DNA of 64,000 nucleotides. Source: Treponemataceae bacterium (lineage in GTDB: Bacteria > Spirochaetota > Spirochaetia > Treponematales > Rectinemataceae). A program made the position numbers and the translations under genes. The stretch covers positions 96,001 through 160,000 of the forward strand of contig CAXXGJ010000002.1 in the NCBI GenBank assembly GCA_963677895.2, given 5' to 3'. Under the pieces are notes generated by a model that had not been told where the DNA came from, did not search any database, and saw nothing but the letters and a program-made list of their open reading frames with translations. The stretch's first letter is position 1. Each line of letters starts with the position of its first letter. This document shows, piece after piece, positions 56,734 through 64,000 of the stretch.

Positions 56734-58623
56734 ATGCGGCGATCGAAGGTCGATCGATCGGGTCCTTTTCTCGCCCGTTCCCGTCAGGAGGGGTCATCCT
56801 GGCAATCGGTCATAGACAATAGATTCGATCAATACCGACGCCATTTCCTGAGCGCTTCTTTTCTCGTCGGACTGCAGCTGCCCGCCTTGATAGCCATCAT
56901 TTCCTGGAAAAACAGGGAGTTCAACAATTTCCTGCCCTTGATGATCGTCGAAGTCGTGCTTCTGGTGGGATTTACCATATCCAGGCGACTTTCCCGCCGC
57001 AGCACCGAAATTTTCATGACCATTTTCCTGGCAGCCTACCCCCTGGCCTACGCATGGGGCGCCTTCGCCCCGGGCAATCACCAGACCTATGTGGTCATAC
57101 TGCTCTGCATGCCTCCCATTTTCGACAGCCTCGCGCCGCCTCGCTATTATTGGCAGTTCTTCGCCTATGCCACGACTGTCGTCGCGGCCACCCTGCTGTC
57201 CTTCCTCATAGGCTATCCCTCGCACTGGATCGCGGACTTCAACATCGCGGTGATCCTGATGCTGCACAGCGCTTTTCTCGTGCTCTGGGCGCTCAGGTAT
57301 GTCACCAAGCGCCAGATGGGAAAGTATATCGTCGAGCTGGCCGACAATATCGTGAAGGACAAGGCGACGGGTTTGCCCACCATCGTCGCTTTCCGGGATT
57401 CCTTCGCGAAAGGCGATAAACTTTTCGTCGCCCTCATCGCCATAGGCAACTTCCATGAGCTGTCGGCGCTTTTCGGGTATTCGATCTCGACGAATATCCT
57501 CACCATCGCCGCTTCCCGGCTCGTGGAATGCCAGACCCAGCTTAAGGGAACGGCTTTTCGCCTCAGAGGTCACGATTTCGGCTTTCTCCATCCTATGGCG
57601 GAGGGGGAGTCGGCCAAGGATATCGTGGAAAAGCTGCGCCAGGGCATGAGAGGGCCTTTGGTTTTTCAGGGCAAGACCATCGAACTCAGTTACAGGATGG
57701 GGTATACGGTCGCCGGCGACGGAAACGCCGAGAAGTCGCTGGACGAAGCCGAGGACGCCCTCGAGATGGCGGAGCGGAGCGGACTGGACGCCGCGCAGTA
57801 TTCCGGGTCCTGGCAGCAGCTAACCCAGGCGGAGATCGCCATCGCCGATCTCATGACCCTGTCGCGCAACATCTCCGAGAAGACGCTGGAGGTGTTCTAT
57901 CAGCCTGTGATCTCGTTTTCCTCCGGGAAGACCGCATGGAATGAAGCCCTCGTCAGGTTCAAAGGAAAGGGCGAATACTACGAGGAGCCGTCGCGTTTCA
58001 TGTCTCTCGCTTCGACGACGGGTCATTGGGCCGCGATCGAGGATTTCATGTTCGAGAGGACCGTCCTCCGGGCTTGCGGTCGGGGCGGACCGGTTTCCGT
58101 CAATATCGCCCTGAGAGACCTCGACAGGGAAGGATTCCGCGTCGCCATCGAAGAGGGCGCGCGCCAGGCTTGGAAGAGCGGGTCGGTCATTATCCTGGAA
58201 ATCCTGGAGGGCGATTTTGGCTCCATGGACGGCGCGCGCATGGAATTCCTCAAGGAACTCAGGAAGGCCGGCTGCCTGATCGCCATCGACGATTTCGGAA
58301 CCGGCTACTCCAACTATTCCCGCCTCATCAACATGCCGGTCGATATCGTCAAATTCGACAAGTCGATGATATACAGCGCTCTTAATAGCACTGCGGAGGA
58401 GGCGCTTGTCCGGAGTCTTGTGATTTTCTGCCGCGATATTGGCGCTTTTACGGTGGCCGAAGGCGTGGAAACGAGGGAGTCGGCCGACTTCGTCCTGGCT
58501 ATGGGCTTCGATTTCGGTCAGGGCTATTTCTGGTCCAGGCCTGTCCCTGAATCTAAAGCGGAGATAGCTGAAAGAATGCTGCTAATTGCCCCAAGTCTTC
58601 TTCCTTTTACTAAGAAATCATGA
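56734..58623 (+). CDS. Membrane c-di-GMP phosphodiesterase (TM + degenerate GGDEF + EAL)
   Basis: DKATGLP, RLRGHDF (degenerate GGDEF), EALVR, IDDFGTGYSN, KFDKS, AEGVET, QGYFWS. Confidence 0.9.
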   Translation: MRRSKVDRSGPFLARSRQEGSSWQSVIDNRFDQYRRHFLSASFLVGLQLPALIAIISWKNREFNNFLPLMIVEVVLLVGFTISRRLSRRSTEIFMTIFLAAYPLAYAWGAFAPGNHQTYVVILLCMPPIFDSLAPPRYYWQFFAYATTVVAATLLSFLIGYPSHWIADFNIAVILMLHSAFLVLWALRYVTKRQMGKYIVELADNIVKDKATGLPTIVAFRDSFAKGDKLFVALIAIGNFHELSALFGYSISTNILTIAASRLVECQTQLKGTAFRLRGHDFGFLHPMAEGESAKDIVEKLRQGMRGPLVFQGKTIELSYRMGYTVAGDGNAEKSLDEAEDALEMAERSGLDAAQYSGSWQQLTQAEIAIADLMTLSRNISEKTLEVFYQPVISFSSGKTAWNEALVRFKGKGEYYEEPSRFMSLASTTGHWAAIEDFMFERTVLRACGRGGPVSVNIALRDLDREGFRVAIEEGARQAWKSGSVIILEILEGDFGSMDGARMEFLKELRKAGCLIAIDDFGTGYSNYSRLINMPVDIVKFDKSMIYSALNSTAEEALVRSLVIFCRDIGAFTVAEGVETRESADFVLAMGFDFGQGYFWSRPVPESKAEIAERMLLIAPSLLPFTKKS

Positions 58624-58874
58624 ACTCCATGAGCAACCATTAATGCATATTTTGTTGTCACTGCGCTTTTTTGAATGAATAATGGTAACGAGACTTTACC
58701 GGGGCGAAAAAGCATATTATTGTGTTTCATTGGATTTGCTCAGTAATTTAATAATTTGCTTTTTGTTTCTACAATTCTTCGGATGAAGTGAAAACGGATG
58801 AGTAACAAGGTATAGTGTCTCTAAACAGAACCGAGGATTTAAATGCAGTGTATTTACTTATATAGTATAGAATT

Positions 58875-58899
58875 CCCCCCCCCCCCCCCCCCCCCCCCC
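58875..58899. repeat. Poly-C homopolymer (25 nt)
   Basis: Directly visible in AT-rich spacer, ending 64 nt upstream of ATG 58964. Confidence 0.9.
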
Positions 58900-58963
58900 T
58901 AACCGATAAATATTTATCCAATAAGGGGATATCAGATTTTACCATCCGCAAGGATGAAGCCAA

Positions 58964-60805
58964 ATGAGCGTCGGCAATTCCTTCGAAGCTCTCTTCAATC
59001 TGAAGCGTTATCTACATACCTCTTGGTACGAAGGCCTTCTGGCCGACTTTGATGTCTTCAGAAAACGCTTTCTCATCGCATCATTCCTGATTGGCCTCTT
59101 AGTGCCCGCAGCCGTGGCCTTCGTCTCGATTAGGAAAGGTGAGTTCTTCAATTTGGTTCCCTTAGCGGTATCAGAGGTCGTCCTTGCCGGGGGAATGATC
59201 GCATCACTTCGCGCCTCCCGAAAGATGATCGGTTCTCTTGCCCATCTTGTCCTGACACTCTATCCAGTCCTCTACATCGTTGCTGTCCTGTCACGGTACA
59301 GCCACCACACGTACGTGATCCTCCTCATAGTGATGCCGCCTATCATCGAAGTCCTCTCGCCGCGCCGGGAGAAACTGCTGTGGTTCCTCTACTCGAGCGC
59401 CTTCATCGTGTTCGCGAACGTTCTCGCCGTGGCAGGCGTCCCAACGTCTTGGGTGCGCGACTTTTCGGCGGGCGAAATCGTAATCTTCCACTCCGCCACG
59501 TCCGTCGTTGCCGCCCTCAGCTATCTCAGAGACATGCAGATGATCCACTATCTCGAGGCCCAGGCGTATCGCATCGTCAGGGACGAGGCCACGGGGCTGC
59601 CTACGGCCGCGGCTTTAGGGGAAGCCCTGCTGACTTCCGGCGTGGGCATCCTCTGTGTCGTCTCAATAGACAATTTCTACGAGCTCTCGGCGCTCTTCGG
59701 CTATGAGTTTTGCGATGAGATCGTAGTGTACGCGGCATCACGCCTGGAGACCGCGGCGCAAAGGCTTGGCGGCCGCTGTTTCAAGCTCCATGGGAGAGAT
59801 TTGGGCGTCATGCGCTCCTGGGAGGGGGAGGACGAAGCCAAGGCGGACCTATACGTCCAGGAGTTCCATGCCGCCATCGGCGGTCCCGCCGAGCTGAAGG
59901 GAAAGCAGGTGGAAATTCAGTACTCCATCGGCTACACCTTCTTCAGGAATGGGAACGCGGCCAAGGCTCTCAACGAAGCGGGCGCTGTCCTCTGGCGTGG
60001 GGCCGGCCTTCACGGCGTGCACAGGCACGAAGGACAGTTGGACTCGGCCGCGGTGGATCTAGCCTTCTCCAGGCTCGCCACTCTATCCCGCTGCGTGCGC
60101 GAGGGAGGTCTCGAGGCCTACTTTCAACCCGTAGTGTTCCTGGCCGACGGCCGGCGAGTCTGGTATGAAACTCTCCTCAGAGTGAGGGGAGATACGGGGA
60201 AGCTGGAGGAGCCCTCCAGATATCTGGAGGTGGCGCGATCCGCGGGGTACTGGGGTATGATCACCGACTTCGTACTGGTCCGCGCGATCGATCGAATCAA
60301 GTCCGGATTCGGATCTGTTTCGGTCAACATCGGAGTCCTCGATCTCCGGAGAGAGGGGTTTTGGACCCTCGCGGCCGAAGGAGGCGCGCTGGCTCGCGAA
60401 CATGGCTGCAGGCTCATCCTCGAGCTCCTTGAGACCGACTCGAGTTATCTGACGGACCAGGAACTCGAGGTCGTAAAGATGCTCAGGGCCTCAGGGTGTC
60501 TTATCGCCATCGACGATTTCGGCAAAGGTTATTCGAACTACTCGCGACTTCTCAGCTTCCCTGTTGACATCGTAAAGTTTGATATGTCGCTCACGCAGAG
60601 GGCTGCCGGCGAGGCCTCCGTTGGGGTTCTCGTCGAGGGCCTCGCGCGATTCTGCTCGGACCTTGGGGTTGCCACTGTGGCTGAAGGAGTGGAGACGGAA
60701 CGAGAGGCGGACTTTTACAAGACTATCGGTTTCGATTACGGACAAGGCTTCTTCTGGTCGCGGGCCGTCCCCGCAGCCGAAGCTCCCGCATCGAGGCCAT
60801 GGTAG
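58964..60805 (+). CDS. Second membrane EAL phosphodiesterase (paralog)
   Basis: DEATGLP, KLHGRDL (degenerate GGDEF), ETLLR, IDDFGKGYSN, AEGVET, QGFFWS. Confidence 0.88.
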   Translation: MSVGNSFEALFNLKRYLHTSWYEGLLADFDVFRKRFLIASFLIGLLVPAAVAFVSIRKGEFFNLVPLAVSEVVLAGGMIASLRASRKMIGSLAHLVLTLYPVLYIVAVLSRYSHHTYVILLIVMPPIIEVLSPRREKLLWFLYSSAFIVFANVLAVAGVPTSWVRDFSAGEIVIFHSATSVVAALSYLRDMQMIHYLEAQAYRIVRDEATGLPTAAALGEALLTSGVGILCVVSIDNFYELSALFGYEFCDEIVVYAASRLETAAQRLGGRCFKLHGRDLGVMRSWEGEDEAKADLYVQEFHAAIGGPAELKGKQVEIQYSIGYTFFRNGNAAKALNEAGAVLWRGAGLHGVHRHEGQLDSAAVDLAFSRLATLSRCVREGGLEAYFQPVVFLADGRRVWYETLLRVRGDTGKLEEPSRYLEVARSAGYWGMITDFVLVRAIDRIKSGFGSVSVNIGVLDLRREGFWTLAAEGGALAREHGCRLILELLETDSSYLTDQELEVVKMLRASGCLIAIDDFGKGYSNYSRLLSFPVDIVKFDMSLTQRAAGEASVGVLVEGLARFCSDLGVATVAEGVETEREADFYKTIGFDYGQGFFWSRAVPAAEAPASRPW

Positions 60806-60878
60806 AGAGGTCTATCGAACATCAAGCCCTCATGAGCGGGCATCCGCAGCGTCACAGTACTCCGGAGACTGACGCGCC

Positions 60879-62235
<1,357 letters not shown>

Positions 62236-62280
62236 GCAGCGTTTTCAAAAAACGGGGTCTAGCCCCGCTTTTTGGCTTTT

Positions 62281-62311
62281 ATAGGCTGCCCCGAAAGGGC
62301 AGCCTATTTTT
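62281..62311 (+). terminator. Intrinsic terminator after eno
   Basis: ataggctgccc-cgaaa-gggcagcctat-tttt. Confidence 0.85.
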
Positions 62312-62708
62312 ACCGTGGAGGAAGAGCCGGCGCCACGTCCGTCTTCGAAAAGTCGCCGCCTTTGAAAAGAAGCGAATCGTTCAACGTCGAAGCCAGCGCA
62401 TAGGCGGCGCAATCGCCCAGGTTGAGCCCCGCGGCATGTCTCCCTTTGCCAAAGCGGCGCCAGGCCGCCATCGCGATCTCAGCCTGCCCTGAATCAAAAG
62501 GAATCGTTTCGACCTCGATAGTGGCCAGCAGCCTCGCCAAAGCCGCGGAACCCGCCTCTCCCTTTCTCGCCTCCACGACAATCATCGCTTCGAGCTTATT
62601 TACAGAGCTTAGGAATTTCCTGCCGGGGAAGGCCAGCGCCTCGATAAAATCACCAGCCTCGGTCTCCCCGAAAAGGACAGCCATTAAAGCCGAACTATCG
62701 ATCACCAT
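62310..62708 (-). CDS. vapC: Type II toxin VapC (PIN domain)
   Basis: MVIDSSAL, LNLGDCAAYALA, LLFKGGDF. Confidence 0.92.
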   Translation of the reverse strand: MVIDSSALMAVLFGETEAGDFIEALAFPGRKFLSSVNKLEAMIVVEARKGEAGSAALARLLATIEVETIPFDSGQAEIAMAAWRRFGKGRHAAGLNLGDCAAYALASTLNDSLLFKGGDFSKTDVAPALPPR

Positions 62709-62955
62709 CGGCAAACTCCCCGGCCGCTCCGTAACCGAGGATTTCCTCGGGACTGCGCCTGTCCAGATCGGGCAGGACCGCGCATTCGGCGGCAATCTTC
62801 GTTAATGCATCGCGGCGAGGGATATAATCGCGGTCGTCACTGATGAGACTGGCTTCGAGCGCCTCTACGATGACCTCTGTCATAGTGCTGCCTTTTCGAT
62901 GCGCGAGATCGCGGGCGAGCCGCTCAACCCGTGGATTTCTTATGCTGATGGCCAT
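62695..62955 (-). CDS. vapB: Type II antitoxin VapB (Rv0623-like)
   Basis: ISIRNPRVERLARDLA...SMTEVI-type RHH N-terminus, EEILGY; overlaps vapC start. Confidence 0.85.
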   Translation of the reverse strand: MAISIRNPRVERLARDLAHRKGSTMTEVIVEALEASLISDDRDYIPRRDALTKIAAECAVLPDLDRRSPEEILGYGAAGEFADGDR

Positions 62956-62963
62956 CGACATTC

Positions 62964-63000
62964 TCCATGTATATACAATATTAGTATGTATATACATGGA
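62964..63000. promoter_or_regulatory. vapBC operator: two TGTATATACA palindromes in an inverted repeat
   Basis: tccatgtatatac-aatattagtat-gtatatacatgga immediately upstream of vapB. Confidence 0.75.
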
Positions 63001-63028
63001 AGTCAAGCGAAAGATTTCTGGATGCGAG

Positions 63029-64000
63029 CTACAAGAGCCAAATCAGCGCGAGGACTACGGCGGTTGGCACCACATTCCGCCAGAATACTTTTTTCGCGAT
63101 CCGCGAGGCCTTGTGTTCCAGGTAGTCCACCCTGTACGCCGCGAACTTGCCGGTTATGCAGGCGCCGGGAATGCCCCCTGGGGGCGAGATCCACTGCCCG
63201 GCGAGCACCACGTTCTTCAAGCCTTTGATGAAAGGAGAAGGGTAGGCTGTTCTCATGTTCGCCTCTTTCGGGAGGATGCAGGCCTGGTTGTATCCGTTGT
63301 GGGCGTTGCAGTACCGCTTGTAGGTGCAGGGCGTCCAGGCGTCGAGCAGGGTCAGCTTGCCACGGTATTCCGGCCAGGTTTTTTCGATTTTATCCTTCAC
63401 CAGAGCGGCAAGCTCCAGTTTTTTCGCCTTGTAGGCTTCCTTGTCATCGCCCAGCGCTTTCCAGTATGCCCAGCTGGACCGATCCATGCCCCAGAGAACC
63501 TGTATGATCTGCTTGCCCTCCGGCGCGAAGGACGGTTCATAGGCGAAGGTCTTCAGCGTGACGCGGTCGTTCAGCCAGGGTTCGACCCGGAGTTCGGGCG
63601 CGTCGAGGTTGATCTCGTGCCGCAGCAGGTCCCGCTCATCGTCGATAGCCCAGGCGGCCTGGAACATTCCGTAGATCGTGTATTTATCAGGGTTGTCGAA
63701 ATATTCCTTGAGCTTTTCGGGAATGTAGGATCTGTCGAGCAGCTGGGTGAAGGTGAAGTCGGCGTCGCAGGCTGGAATGACGTAGTCAGCCTCGACGCGC
63801 GCGTCGTCCTCGAGGACGATGCCGGTCGCCCTGTCCCCGGCGATCTCGATTCGCCGCACCGGCGCCGAATCGCGATAGGCGCCTCCCAGTTCCTCGAATC
63901 GCGCCTTCATCCGCAGCGCCGCCGCCCTGGATCCTCCGACGGGAACGCCGCCGTCCCCGCTCGCGAAATTGCCGTAGGCGACGGGGAAGGAGTATGCCTT
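63029..64000 (-). CDS. Phytoene desaturase-family FAD oxidoreductase, C-terminal part (truncated by window)
   Basis: VRRIEIAGDRATGIVL, ADYVI, AWTPCTY, LAGQWISPPGGIPG; C-terminal hydrophobic tail. Confidence 0.75.
   Translation of the reverse strand, partial: KAYSFPVAYGNFASGDGGVPVGGSRAAALRMKARFEELGGAYRDSAPVRRIEIAGDRATGIVLEDDARVEADYVIPACDADFTFTQLLDRSYIPEKLKEYFDNPDKYTIYGMFQAAWAIDDERDLLRHEINLDAPELRVEPWLNDRVTLKTFAYEPSFAPEGKQIIQVLWGMDRSSWAYWKALGDDKEAYKAKKLELAALVKDKIEKTWPEYRGKLTLLDAWTPCTYKRYCNAHNGYNQACILPKEANMRTAYPSPFIKGLKNVVLAGQWISPPGGIPGACITGKFAAYRVDYLEHKASRIAKKVFWRNVVPTAVVLALIWLL

Noticed and set aside
58769..58963. Poly-Gly ORF on the minus strand
   Set aside because: Simply the translation of the poly-C tract; no SD or coding signature.
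58624..58963. AT-rich spacer near parAB as oriC
   Set aside because: No clustered TTATCCACA DnaA boxes and no dnaA/dnaN nearby.

Overview
GC-rich bacterial chromosome segment, most likely a free-living anaerobic spirochaete. This is inferred from pyrG-lptCAB synteny, an archaeal-type UMP kinase, a long PRS, a Ser/Ser/Arg(GCG)/Ser/Ser tRNA cluster next to SRP RNA-dnaX-ybaB-recR, and an [FeFe]-hydrogenase-like protein. Most of the window is housekeeping. The standout is an accessory island at about 14.8-24.6 kb. It carries four paralogous lipoprotein Ig-like + DUF3494 (ice-binding-like) genes, a CsbD-YtxH-DUF948-like-catalase stress operon, a small beta-barrel-like protein, a peptide with a RiPP-leader-like motif and an LPD29-like gene. 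All five of its stress/ice-binding transcription units carry the same 21-bp motif (TRTGTGYGCTRNCGMACAGAC, TGTG-N8-CACA core), placed at about -41.5 from a TAnnnT-like -10 box, which looks like a dedicated CRP/FNR-type class II regulon. Other notable items: a candidate structured 5' leader before an exported DUF6305/deacylase/GGT operon, a 25-nt poly-C tract before an EAL phosphodiesterase, many apparently leaderless genes, a sensory-type hydrogenase module appended to the recR operon, and single-base frameshifts in parB and a Na/Pi cotransporter. All family assignments are by motif recognition; no database searches were run.
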